Under the pieces are notes generated by a model, which saw nothing but the letters and a program-made list of their open reading frames with translations, did no database searches and was not told the origin of the DNA. This document shows, piece by piece, positions 1 through 13,660 of a stretch of 64,000 nt of DNA. The stretch's first letter is position 1. Every line of letters starts with the position of its first letter. The translations under genes were made by a program, and so were the position numbers. The DNA is from Chrysomallon squamiferum (Eukaryota; Animalia; Mollusca): contig CM022672.1 in the NCBI GenBank assembly GCA_012295275.1, forward strand, positions 27,714,001 through 27,778,000. Reading direction: 5' to 3'.

Positions 1-255
1 TTTGAAATAAAATCTGAATATCTGCGACCCCCTACAGAAAGAGCTACATGTTGGTTGTACATTATCTCTTTAGAAAGTATTTGAAACTTTCCCATATCTT
101 TTCATTATTCATTGTACAAATTTGCTTACCATGCTAAGACATGTTATGCCATATACATATATATATATATATATTTTTTAATCCTTGAAATCAGTTACAA
201 AATATCGTACATATCAACAGAGTGCAGATTTTACCTTTTCTGTATCATAACTCAC

Positions 256-435
256 CAAAGATTCTTTGACAGAGAACAGTAGGTGTATTTCTTTTGTAAT
301 GCTCTTCAAAAATAGTAATTTAACCTTCATGACATTTTTCATTTGAGTGAAAACAGAAAAGAAATGAAAATGTATATATATGTTTGTGTGTGCATGTGTC
401 TGTATATCTGTATCTTTAACTGTCTGTTTCTCTAT

Positions 436-475
<40 letters not shown>

Positions 476-1021
476 GTATATATAGCTAGACAGGTAGCTA
501 CATAGACAGACTGATAGCTAGATATATAGATAGACACTTGGATAGACACTTGGATAGAGAGATACATATGTACATACATATGATAAAAGTTTCAACATTA
601 ATGTATGAATAAGTAATATTGCTTGTTGTGGCAGGTATGTCAGTTTTCAACCCTTCAAGTCTCCTCAACCAATTTGTCATCCAGTGGTTGCATTAGATGT
701 AACATTCTTCCACATGTAAATCTACAGATTCACTAATTAACTCAGTAGAGTCAGTAAAACTTGGTTTTCAATAACTGACCATGAACAGTAGAACTGGACG
801 CATCTAGAAATAAGAGTGTGTCTAACTTACAAGTACAAGTTGTTATTCAGTAACAGTTAAAAACACTTTACAAATAAAACTGTCAGCACAGTGTTATGAC
901 TTCTACTACAGAATGAAGAAAGGAAAACTACACTTTTAACAGTTAGTTGATTTTAAACTCTTCTGAGTTATGATTTTACTGTGTTGAGTGACTTACCATT
1001 GCTTGTAACAAAGTGTGACAA
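256..1021 (-). other. Exon-like segments (~997-1021, ~580-802, ~256-340) of the same minus-strand transcript; no continuous frame found
   Basis: Canonical sites: attcag|...AATG|gtaagt (1021-997), tatttctag| (~803), ATAT|gtatgt (~580), TTTG|gtgagt (~256). The middle segment has stops in all frames. Confidence 0.35.
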
Positions 1022-3009
1022 CTGAATAATGTTACAAAACCTTTAAATGCCACCATTTCATCCTTTTAGAATGGTGCATTTTTTTCTGATGCTAGAAGAA
1101 ACTTTAGAGCAAAAAGATCTGTCCAGTATATATTGACATCACGATTACAGAATCAAAGCCAAATATTTTCTTCATTTGTTTTTATGCTTGGGTATTAATT
1201 GAAACTGATGGCAAATAAAGCTTAACTTGGATGTATGGGTAATATATTTAGATAACATCTTCATTTCTAAAAGGTACACTCTAAATATACAACTCTTCAG
1301 TACAGATTACTTTACCACTTCCATGTTGAATATTTGTTTCTAATCACAAAAATTTGATCTGTAGTTGAAGATGACAGTAAGTCTTCTGACATCAAACTGG
1401 ATAGATAAAAGCTGGTATGGTCTACCACACACTTTGTTATATTTCAAAGTATTGGAACAATAAACCATTGCTTCGGGTATTCTAAAGGTACTCAGAATTA
1501 TTGATAATCCAAAAGATACACCAGAACAGATTGGAGGGATCAGTCCTAGCAACAGTTAGTAAATGCTGTCATACTATTTATACTTTTTGTAGAAATGTAA
1601 CAAACTGAATTTTGGTTCAAAACAGAAGATTTCACACGTGCTGGAAGTAACAGATGTTGAGTTACACACAGCTGTTTTCTTTTCTTTAAACATAAAGGCT
1701 TAGATAAAAATATGACCATACACACAGAGCAGGTGCAAAAACATTTATTATTAACGAAAGTCGGATTAGAATCAAATGTCAGTGATCACAAACAGGACTA
1801 AGTGAAATTATTTCTAATATGGCTGTTTATTTGTTTATTTGTTTTTCCACAGCTGTTATGAAAAACAACCAGCTGACACACTTTGTCATTTTGCAACATC
1901 ACAGCTTAAAAAACTTTTATTCTGTATCATTGTAAATATTTACTTCTTCAGTCTTACAAGTTATTTTTTAATTTTTTTGGTGACTGACATAATTATGTCA
2001 TTTTATCACAACAGAGAGAAATGTACCGAAAATCCCTGAAATGCCAGCTATGTAAATGGTTAACTCAGCGACAAAATGAAGCCACAAAAAAAAGAGAAAA
2101 TGTCTTTGCAGTGTAACAATATATTAACAAAAAAATAAGTAATGAAAATACACAGAAATTATAGTTTAATGCTAATTCAGTATACAAATTCTGAAATGTC
2201 CTTGGAAAAAAAGACTACACCGAGAATAATTACAACTACAACTGTTTCCTCAGCAAACCCGATTAGCAGTTTGTATTAGATCAAGTTTAACTAGATTACT
2301 GAAAGGAAGGTGTTAATTATAAAAAATTGTAATTAGATATAGACAACACACATACACACATTTTCACACACATACACATTTAAACACACTCTTAAACACA
2401 TAATCTCTCTCTCTCTCTCTCACAAATTCTTTTCTTACATATATGCATCCACCCAACCACCTACCAACACAACACACACATCCTCACCCACACACACACA
2501 TCGTCACACCCATACCCACACACAAAAGTTTGGCAGGACACTGTGACAGTGTGACAGGTTATACAGACATGTCTAAATATGTCTCACATTATTCAGAGGA
2601 ATAGGGTGTGAAGAAACTGATAAAAAGAATTACTGTGATGAGTGAAGCATGGACCTCATGCTGTTGTTACTGTAGTCATGATGTCAAAACACTGTTGTGG
2701 TTGAAGCTGCTGAAGTATAAGCAACACCTTTATTCATAATAAGAAACTAAATGTGAATAAAAATGGAGGGCAATATAAATATGTTATTAAATACGTACTA
2801 TTATACATGATCAGTATAATGAAAGTTTCAAAAACAAATTTAAAAATGTATTCTGTGTGTTATATAACTGCTCATACTTGAATAAAACCATTCAGTACAC
2901 ACATATCACCTTTAGATTTCTTGTGCCATATCAGTTACAGTATTATTTTACATTTAGTAAGATAACTATGTGATATACGTATAAACACTTATGTAAACAA
3001 TTCAGCTGA

Positions 3010-3064
<55 letters not shown>

Positions 3065-3134
3065 AATCAACATAAACTAGATTAAAGGACTACATACATA
3101 TTTGCACATATAAACAATATTACATAATAATCTA

Positions 3135-3545
3135 GAACTGTATTAGAGAAATGTACATGTGCATTAGTACATATATTAACAGTATTATAAAAGTGTATGT
3201 GTATCAGTACATATATTAACTGTATTATAAAAATGTATGTGTATTAGTACATATATTAAATGTATTAGAGAAATGTATGTGTATTAGTACATATATTAAC
3301 AGTATTAGAAAAATGTACATGTGTATCAGTACATATATAAACTGTATTAGAAAAATGTACATGTTTTCAGTTGGTATATTAACTGTATTAGAAAAAAGCA
3401 CAAGTGTATCAGTACATATATTAACTGTATCACAAAAATGCACATTTGTATCAGTACATATATTAACTGTATCACAAAAATGCACATTTGTATCAGTACA
3501 TATATTAACTGATTTAGAAAAATGTATTAATGAGTACATATAAAC
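3135..3545. repeat. Degenerate ~42-44-bp AT-rich minisatellite (~9 copies)
   Basis: Recurrent actgtattagaaaaatgtacatgtgtatcagtacatatatta. Confidence 0.85.
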
Positions 3546-3560
3546 AATATTAGAGATATT

Positions 3561-3598
<38 letters not shown>

Positions 3599-3628
3599 GG
3601 TACATATATATGAGTATATATATATATG

Positions 3629-3679
<51 letters not shown>

Positions 3680-5667
3680 GAGTACATAACTTGTATTAGA
3701 GGAACGTACCTAATATTATGTAAGAATACATAAAAAGGTATTAGAGAAATATATGTATATGCAAGTACATACAAACTGTATTAGAGAAATGTACTTACAT
3801 ATATGTATATATGTACATACAGTTTTATTAACAACATATTAATCCATTCATATATAAATATAGATATGTACGAGAACCTGTATTAGAATAATGAGTATAC
3901 ACAGGAATGTACAAGTGAATGTATGAAATGTAGAAAACCAGTGAACTGTGTCAGTCACAGCTTGCACTTCTGTATTGTATAGGCTTTTTTTGTTTTAATT
4001 CTTCCAGTTGAATGCATATCAGTGTTTACATGAAAGCACTGTGTAGGATAAACAGACAACTTATCTGATAAATACACAAAAAGAACAAACAACATTTGGA
4101 GTAAATAAATATACAAATAAGCAACCCAAGGAATAAAGATATAAACTAATTTGAAACATTTTGAAAAACAAGAGTAAAAAATCTAAAATAAATAAATAAT
4201 AAATAAAATAAGACCAGTGATAATAATAATGATAGTAATAACAATAATGATGATAATAACAATAAATAAATAATTTAATGATTAATAATAATAAAAATAA
4301 ATAAAATAATTAAGCAGAAGAAAACAAAAAATAATAATAATGATAATGATAATAATAATAAATAAATAAATATAAAATTAAATAAATTTATTAATTAAGC
4401 AGAAGAAAATAAAAGAAAAGAAGAAACACACAGTATCTGCATTTCACAGTGATTTGTGGAGACAGTTGTTAGTTTAGTCTCTTACAATAAATATCATTGT
4501 GTATAACTGAAAGTGAACTACCAGTGAACTACACACAACAGGTTACTGAGCTGGGACACACAGGTTAAATCTGACAAAGATGCTTAGTATTAATACTTTT
4601 ACAACAAAGACCAGACATCAACATCACTCTCAGCCAAGTTCACATCAAATTGTAGCCATTAGGAAGACATTTATTTTAAAACAAATTGGGCAAGGCATCT
4701 CAACATTTTACTTGGTAGTTGCCGTGCAAAAAGTTGCATGCTATCTAATTCCTTTGTGTATGTGGGTTTTTTTTAAAGTAACAATCAAAACAGTTCATTA
4801 ACCCCAGAATACCTGGATTCATGGATTATTTTTGTATGCTGTTGACATGTAATAAATTATAAATTACAGTTTTTAATTATTTTTCTCCACTTGTAATATT
4901 TCAGGTCTTGTAGGAGTACTGAACCAGCGATTGGTCCCATCCTGTCTCAGGAAGTGCACCAGTGGACAAAGACCAATTCCAACAGGCCACTGAACTTCAC
5001 CAATACTGGCCTATAATTAGCAGTTCAAGTAATTCTAGGAGTCTGTCATGCTGTTGTAATTCTTAGCTGTAGTGTAAGCTCATGGATTTAAGAACCACAC
5101 ACAATCCAAGTATCTAGAGTTACCTTCCCTAAGCAATTAGCACAGTTTATTATTGTGCCACCTAGCTGCCATTGTTTGAGATGTCAAAGGTCAGATGATT
5201 CTGGTTGCAGAGCTTATGGCAATTGGTTCTGTAGATAACAGCATATCGGCTGACATACTTTCCTGCCAGCCATCTGCTGTCTGTCAACTTGTGTAGTAAT
5301 CTTTACCTTAGAATCCACAAAAACTTTATGTGTTTTCTTTGATTTTTCAGTTTAACACAATACATTACACATACAGAAATGACACATAATATACAGAGAC
5401 ACACAAATACACATATACATATACATACATACATATGTACATACATTCATAGATACATACACATACAAATGAAATATTGAAACCATGTTTTTAAAAAGAA
5501 AAACAATTATTATCAGGATGTCTGAATTTGTTATAATTTCATTTATATGCTAACACAGAGAATGAAAGAATAAAAAAACATCTGATTATGATTTTTATTT
5601 TATATTTCTGTTTATACAATGGTATCAAGAAATTTATACTCATACTTGATTACTAAAATAATAATTA

Positions 5668-6250
5668 TGTACAGTGAAAACAAATCTATAACTGAACTGT
5701 ACAGTGAAAACAAATCTATAACTGAAATGTACAGTGAAAACAAATCTATAACTGAAATGTACAGTGAAAACAAATCTATAACTGAAATGTACAGTGAAAA
5801 CAAATCTATAACTGAAATGTACAGTGAAAACAAATCTATAACTGAACTGTACAGTGAAAACAAATCTATAACTGAAATGTACAGTGAAAACAAATCTATA
5901 ACTGAACTGTACAGTGAAAACAAATCTATAACTGAAATGTACAGTGAAAACAAATCTATAACTGAAATGTACAGTGAAAACAAATCTATAACTGAACTGT
6001 ACAGTGAAAACAAATCTATAACTGAACTGTACAGTGAAAAAATCAAAACTCTATAACTGATACAGTGAAAAAACAAATCTATAACTGAACTGTACAGTGA
6101 AAACAAATCTATAACTGAAATGTACAGTGAAAACAAATCTATAACTGAACTGTACAGTGAAAACAAATCTATAACTGAAATGTACAGTGAAAACAAATCT
6201 ATAACTGAACTGTACAGTGAAAACAAATCTATAACTGAAATGTACAGTGA
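5668..6250. repeat. 30-bp minisatellite, ~19 copies
   Basis: Unit tgtacagtgaaaacaaatctataactgaa(a/c); one disrupted copy at ~6030-6075. Confidence 0.97.
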
Positions 6251-7082
6251 ATGAGTAATCTCTGTAAACGGCATGTGAGTAATCTAGATAAACAGAAGGT
6301 GAATTATATCAGTCCTAGATAAATAACAAAGTGGGTAAAATATACAGCAGATGAGACATACACACACACATGTGTTATACATATATGTGTATATAATGTG
6401 TGTGTATAAGTGTGTGTAGAGAGAGAACAAGTTCACAGATCAATTCATTTCATATATGATTTACAACTAAAAAAACAAAAATAAAATAACATGAGCACCT
6501 AGCTGTGACACAACACATCACTAAATCAGTAAACAACACAGGTAAACAGCAAGCCTGAAATTCCTGGTATCATTTAACAGTAACTGATCAATAACAGCCA
6601 ATAGTTTAACCTGGTACAATGTACGAGACATTAAAGATTCATAAGTAATTACACAGATGTTAATTTTCTCATAAAGAAATCTACACTTAGTGAATGGTAA
6701 TGGGTAATGAGATACACTGTACACACAGATAAAAGGAGTAATTCACTTGTTATAATCCTTTGTAATATACTTTCCTACATTATATATAATACTGAATATA
6801 TACAAATATACATATATATATATATATACAAACACACGCACACCCACTATTTCATATACATATCTATACATACTTGATTTAATAACTTAGTCAACAATGT
6901 GTCTTTTCATATATATATGTATAAATAATCACTTCCTTTTTATAATAAAAATAATAATAAAATTTAATAACCACTGAATTAATTGAGTGAAGGAGGAATA
7001 AGACAGTTATTATTATTATTATTATTATTATTATTGGTTTCAAAAGATATTTGCAATAATAATCTGTAATTATATTATTATT

Positions 7083-7135
<53 letters not shown>

Positions 7136-7373
7136 GGTTTCAAAAGATATTTGCAATTATAATCTGTAATTTAGATATATGAATTTTATGAGATACTATT
7201 GAAACAAGCACATATTTTATTCTGATATAATCATATCATTTATCAACTTATTTATAATACATTCTGTACAGGTATAGATTTTGTTTTATTACTATTACTA
7301 TCATTATTACTATTATTATTACTGTCACTATTATTATTACTATTACTATCACTATTATTACTATTACTATCAC

Positions 7374-7416
<43 letters not shown>

Positions 7417-7834
7417 TTATTAACTGTTTCAGTCTGTCCACAACAGCACCTGCTTCCACATAGCGGAACAAGGAAATGCAAAAAAGGACAATACAGGTGA
7501 GACCAGAAGCACTGGCCCGTGAAGAAGTTCAGGTGCGATGACAGACACTTCACATTCGTCACATCGCGTCCAAGATCTCGCCATTTGCGTGCAGCGTTTG
7601 ACGGGATCGCTTCACTCCGTGCGCGTGCGAATGCGAAGCAAGCGTTCAACAGTAATTAGAGGAAATGAACGCGCTCTGGGTCAACGTGAAATCACCGGGT
7701 GGGGTTTGACGACGTGCGTTACGGTCGGGGTTACGTGGTGACACACTGTCACTGCAGAGCGTCGCCACTTACTAGCGCTGTCTCTCTGCCACATCGGCGA
7801 CAGCTTTCTGTGAGGAATAACAAATAACATTTAC

Positions 7835-7865
7835 CTTCTAAAAGACAACATGTCCTGTATGCCAT
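7835..7865 (-). CDS. Candidate first coding exon (MAYRTCCLLE+G) of an unidentified minus-strand gene
   Basis: GGAACCATGG Kozak context, 31 nt of sequence, then donor AAG|gtaaat. Downstream exons are not confidently assembled. Confidence 0.4.
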
Positions 7866-7981
7866 GGTTCCGTGTTTGTCAGCCTTCCACACACATTGCC
7901 AAATCCTCTGGCCCGCGCGGGACACTGGTACACACCCGCACACACGCAACAGTAAATCGTAAGGAAACAAACATTCCCGCG

Positions 7982-7993
7982 AGTCACGTGACT
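7982..7993. promoter_or_regulatory. CLEAR-type E-box (GTCACGTGAC; MiT/TFE or USF bHLH-ZIP site)
   Basis: Perfect 12-bp palindrome AGTCACGTGACT ~120 bp upstream of the candidate ATG. Confidence 0.6.
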
Positions 7994-9795
7994 AACCTGA
8001 TTCGGGATGGAAGATAAATAGTCCGTTTCATTGTTGTGATCAAACGCCCTAAGCGGATTGACGTGTCGGTGTTATTAAGATTATCATTATGATGATGTTG
8101 ACGATGAAGACGATGATGATTATTAATATTATTATTATTAAAATTTTAATGAATAAATAAAATAAAATAAAATAAAATAAATAAAAAAAAATAAGTATTA
8201 CAACAAAATTTTAATGAATAAATAAAATAAAATAAAATAAAATAAAATAAGTATTACAAACAAATTACATCAAAACAAAAATTAACAGTATGTTATAAAT
8301 AGTTAAGTTATGAAACGAATGCTATATATTTCTGAATATAAATTCCTTTGGTGTGATAAATAAATAAACTGAAAAACTATATATGCTAAATTTCATCACC
8401 ACGTTATTCATAATCATTTAACTCAGTGAGGTGTTGCTCTGTGCAGTTTATTCACACATTTTCAATTTGTGGGTCACAAATCACATGTTAAACTAGTATG
8501 TCATTGTGTGTTTATTTATTTGTTTATTTATATTCGTATTGTTACTCGATATAAACGGCTGATGTGATACCAGTAATATTTTTTTCTTTCCATTTACTGT
8601 TACGTCATTCAAGTCTTCATTTGAATTTATCAATATTGGAAAAGAATTTTAGAGTCCCACAAACATTTGTTTCCAATTATTTTGTTATTTAACAAATCGT
8701 TTTATGTAAAAGAAACTGTTTATTTGATTATTTCTTAACGTTAAACGTTAAATTTAAATATTTTAACGATAATGTATTTTAAAAATGAAAAGTTATTAAA
8801 ATCTATGAATTAATACCAAAAAAATTCCTTGTGCTTCCAAATGATGTCAGTATATGTAGCGTGCACAGGTCTCGTGATGCCCGGGACCAACTCCTTGACT
8901 GTGTGCCCCAAAGACTCAAGTATGAGGCCTAGTACTGAGAAATATTATGAGAAAGGAAGATATTTTGAATATGTAAGCACAATGTCTATCGAATAGTAGT
9001 AGTAGCAAAAACAGTTAGAGCACAATGGTAGAAGCAGTAGTAGTAAAAATAGTAGCAACAGTTGTGGTAGTAATAGTAGTAGTGCCATGGAGATGGTAGT
9101 AGTAGTAATATTGGTAATAAAATAGCTGTTTCCGTTGATGTCGTTGTTTTGGGGTAGCAACTCATCAGTTCCATTGATTTGCTTCTACCTATGTCCTAAC
9201 CGGGCGCGTGTGATCGCGAGCAGCTCAAGCAAAACAATACAGCGATAGAAATTCTTTCTGTTTCCATCTCGTTCAGAAGTTAGTCGTACTTTACAGTTGT
9301 TCTTTGTCAGCGTGCAAAGATAACAACAGAAAAGAAAACGCCTGGAAGAATTTTGGAAAAATACGGCGAAGAAGATGTTAATGTTTCGTTCATTATTCAC
9401 AAATTAACTGTTTTATTCAAAAATTCTGTCGTGGATCAAAGTTTCAGAAGAGATACGATCTCTGCGTACACGGCTGTTCTTAGTGTCGCTGGCGTCCTGT
9501 CAGGATACAGCTTAAGAAGAAATCAGATCCTTGCTGCTGATCGAGTAGACATGGGTTTCTTCTCTGATTACATGTGTAGTCATTTAGGTTATGTAATGTG
9601 CCACATAATCATTTTAGGTACGGGAATTTTTGTCTTACTTTCCCACCCCCTTCTCCTTAAAACGTTTCAGCCATGTTTCGGAAGTCTGAAAATGATCACT
9701 GATTGATGGAATTTGACTCCCCCTGTCGTCGAATAGGTGACACTTTCCGGGCAAATATTCCAGGTGTTTGAATGTCACATGACTTTAGGGGAGGG

Positions 9796-9839
<44 letters not shown>

Positions 9840-10998
9840 TGTTAGTAGTAGTAGTAGTAGTAGTAGTAGAAGTAGTAGTAGTAGTAGTAGAAGTAGTAGA
9901 GGTAATAGTAGTATTAGAAATAGTAGTATATAATTAATTAAATACACTTTTTTTGTTTTTTTGTTTAATTATATATTTATCTGGTATCATACATATGCCA
10001 TCCTTGAAACAAAACAGCCTAATAAATAAATTTAATTACGTATGAATGAATGTGAAAAAAATCCCAAAAAATAAAAAAATAAAAAACCGTTTAAAGGCTA
10101 TAAAGAACTACGTTCAGTCGAAGTTTCTGGGATGTCCACGCCATTTTTTTATAAATTTTGTGATTTATGTCCTCTGCATCATTAAGTACATTTTTTTCTT
10201 CCATCTTTTTAATGTTTATGTGACATTATGTTGAATCGTGTTTAAAAAAATAAAATGTTAATTACCAAGTATGTTGTACACCTGAAAATAATTTATAATA
10301 ATTAAGAAAGGAAAAAAAATAGTGTTGAATCATAATGCAAAATTTCCTGTTCAAGTTCCGTATTTGCATTTATTTATTTATTTATTAAGAATGTACGGAT
10401 TGATATGATTTGTCATTTAAGACCGATTTCTCATTTGAAGAGATTTTAAGCAGAGTTGCAGTTCTTGTTAGATAATTTTTTATTTATCATACAATTACTT
10501 TAACTAAGCTTTTTACGAGAATTCAAACTACTGAGAAACTGTCATTAAAAAAAAAAAAAAAAAAAAAAAGATTAAAAACAAATTGAAAAATAAATAAATA
10601 ATAATAATAATAATAAATTTCGCACTTGTATAAACACAGCTGATTACTGTATTATTATTTTTTCCAAACGAATTTGCGTCTGAAATTAAAATGAAAAGCC
10701 CGCAGTTGACTGATTGTAACATAGTACGGTGATTCAGTGGAACTTTGTATAACTGGGCTGATTTTCGCTGAAATAAGATAATTTTTTTATTTATTTTTGG
10801 AATGAACTCTGTACATTTATATTATATTTTATTAAATAAATAAATAAACCAATTAATTAATTATTTATTAATTATGTTTCGTATTTCTTCTTTTTTTTTT
10901 GAATTAATTGTACAAGTATACCTGTATCTTGATTTAGTTCCTACTGTTTTAATTTTTTGAAAATAAACTGTAATAGTTCACTTATAACATTTTAATAT

Positions 10999-11052
<54 letters not shown>

Positions 11053-11183
11053 TAATGAATGATATAAATAAATAAATAAAATTGATGAAAGGGAGGTAAT
11101 AGACGTTTGTAAAACATCGTTTGAAAAATAGCAAAAACAACAACGATCCACCCACAGACACAACAACAAAAAGAAAGCAATAT

Positions 11184-11227
<44 letters not shown>

Positions 11228-11238
11228 CAAAATACACA

Positions 11239-11271
<33 letters not shown>

Positions 11272-12725
11272 AGAGACAAGTAAGTACTTGTACTATTTAA
11301 TTACTAATATAAATTTATATTAATAAAAGTATTTTTTTTTAGCTAATCGGGTTCATTCCCGGGTATCATATACCGAATATACGTATATAATCATTTCTTG
11401 ACAAATTTAAGGGGTGTGTGGATAGAATGAAGTAAATAATTTGATGAGATAATATCGAACAAAGGATGGTGAAAGGATTGCCAGTATTTCCTTTCCGCTG
11501 AACATTTTTAGTTTGTTATTAGAAATATCCAAGCTGTTATTAATTCAGTTAGAGCGAGCCGTGCTATTTTGAAACAGACTATAACTACCCCTATTGTAGT
11601 CTCTCACCTTGGACATTCTTGAACAGCAATTTCTGATTAATATTGTGACCTGCGACTATTTCCCTTCCCCTCACAGAGGCTTCTAGTCTTTGCAGTCAGG
11701 AATTCATAACGTAACTTACTTAAAAAATAAACGACTTTTCGACAGTAGTAGCAGTAGCAGTAGCAGTAGTAATAGTAGTAGTCGTAGTAATATTAGTAGT
11801 ACATAAATAAATAAATTAATTAAATAGTTTTATTTATTTAAAATTTCAAAAAGAGAATTAAATTTTTAAAACGCTATAGTGTTTTATAATTTTTTTAAAA
11901 AGTATCTTTGAAAACTATGTATTTTGCAGTGTATTGTATACATACACACATACATACATATATACATACAAGCATATACATATAGATACACACACATATT
12001 TACTGATTTATTTTAAAATAATTTTATTTTATATATGTTTCAATAGTATCCAGCAGCCAATTTTACATTCGTGTTTAAACAAATCTATATTAAACAAATC
12101 GTTAAACAAATCTATATAGGCCCTAAATAAATAAATAAAAGAAAGAATAACCACGTTTTTGAAAAAGAGACAAAAACTGAAAGTGTAAGAGTAAAATAAC
12201 TAATAAGAATTTTACTTTGTACTGACCCATAAAATAGGAAATAAATTACTAAAAGAAGAACAAAAAGCAAACCAAAAGATATTATAATTTAAAATGATCT
12301 ATCTGTAACTGGATGAAGTTACTAATAGAACAATCAATGTTTATAAACCATCTTTAATGTTCAATTGTCGATAACATAATTAACAAATATGAATATTAAA
12401 TCATCTCCTCTTTGTTATTCCTGTTTTATATTAATTCAAAAAAATATATATATATATAAAAAAAAAAAAAAAATAAAAAATAAAAACCTTTTTGACACCT
12501 TACCGGTTGTCCTTGAATGTACCAATATACACTTTTTGTGTGTCTGTCTGTCTGATCATTTTAAGAACGGAAAATCTCTTTCTAATCAGTTATGTTTTCC
12601 TATCTAATAAAACATTTTCAGAGTTAGATGGCGCGTCTTCATCTGTTCAGATGTTCGGAATCCCGCCCTTTATTTTTATTTTTTTCCGATTCGTTGATCT
12701 TAATCGACTGTGTTAATTATTTCTA

Positions 12726-12889
12726 TTTGCCGCCTGGTTTTAATTTAATACCTGGACATAAATAAATATAACTCGAGCGTATTTTCTTGCTGTCTGTTTC
12801 AACTGTTGTTAGATATCATCAGTTAAATGCCACAATCGATCCCTTGTAAGTTTAATTAAACATAAAACAGAGACTGCAAATGACAAACG
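12726..12889 (+). repeat. Local direct repeat copy 1 (~165 bp)
   Basis: Matches 19541-19704 (gcctggtttt..taatacctggacataaa..ataactcgagcgtattttcttgc..gtttcaactgttgttagatatcatcagt..gcaaatgacaaacg). Confidence 0.85.
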
Positions 12890-13511
12890 TTTTAAATCCA
12901 ATTTAAATGTGTTTTCACTTAAGTGCTACATTTAAGTACCTGTTTTGATGAACTCTTTATTTTGTACTTAACAAGATATTTTAATGTTAATGTGTATTTA
13001 TTATAAATTCTTGCGATTTGTTTCTAATGTTAAATAATACAGACGAAACTGGTTAATGTATGTTTGTTTGTCTGTTAGAAGTTTACAGTCTTTTATGCCT
13101 AAAATATATATATTTTAATGTTAATTAAAAAACTTTTCGAATTCGGGTTTAATTCTCTCCAGCTAACTGGGTTACACATAATTTAAAGAGAAAATTAATA
13201 CTTTTGGAAATGTTTAGTTTTTGATTTCTGTATGAGCCTAAGCTAATGCGAAATGTAAAGTAACCGACCTAACTTTGCTATAATTTAGCACGTGTTATTG
13301 TCGGAATTCAGTACATGGAAAAGTATTGCAAGTTAATGATATTTTAATACTTAATGAAATATTTTGGCTCATATGAATGGACCCGAATGTACATGTTAGT
13401 CCGTTATTTTAGTTCATGTGTGAAATTTGATGATGATGAAAATATGATGATGATGACAGTTTGAACGAAATAGCATAGAAACACGAAATACAAGTAGTGT
13501 GTTTAACAGAC

Positions 13512-13578
13512 TTTAATATGCAAACATAGTGCTTTTATAATATAATTATCAAGATTACCTCAGGTTTCAAGCTTTAAT
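13512..13578 (-). terminator. Candidate polyadenylation signals (ATTAAA x2) of the M4 gene
   Basis: Plus-strand tttaat at 13573-13578 and 13512-13517, 80-150 nt downstream of the stop codon. Confidence 0.35.
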
Positions 13579-13660
13579 AAGCAGAAAAATAGTTTCTGTA
13601 TATTTGACTATAAGGTCAATTAGTGAGATATTTACTGGAGAAAAAAGTATGCCATTCAGT

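Larger units (their letters stand above)
7440..8070 (-). promoter_or_regulatory. CpG-rich promoter/first-exon region
   Basis: Abrupt CpG- and GC-rich island in CpG-poor DNA. It contains the palindrome AGTCACGTGACT, a Kozak-context ATG and a splice donor on the minus strand. Confidence 0.65.

Noticed and set aside
5612-6274. 220-aa and 145-aa repetitive ORFs, and a possible CRISPR-like array
   Set aside because: Head-to-tail 30-bp minisatellite with no unique spacers and no cas genes. The ORFs arise because the unit is a stop-free multiple of 3.
9120-9180. Minus-strand CTGATGA-gttg..caac-GGAAAC hammerhead-like core
   Set aside because: Extra G before GAAA, and no stem III/NUH or stem I pairing.
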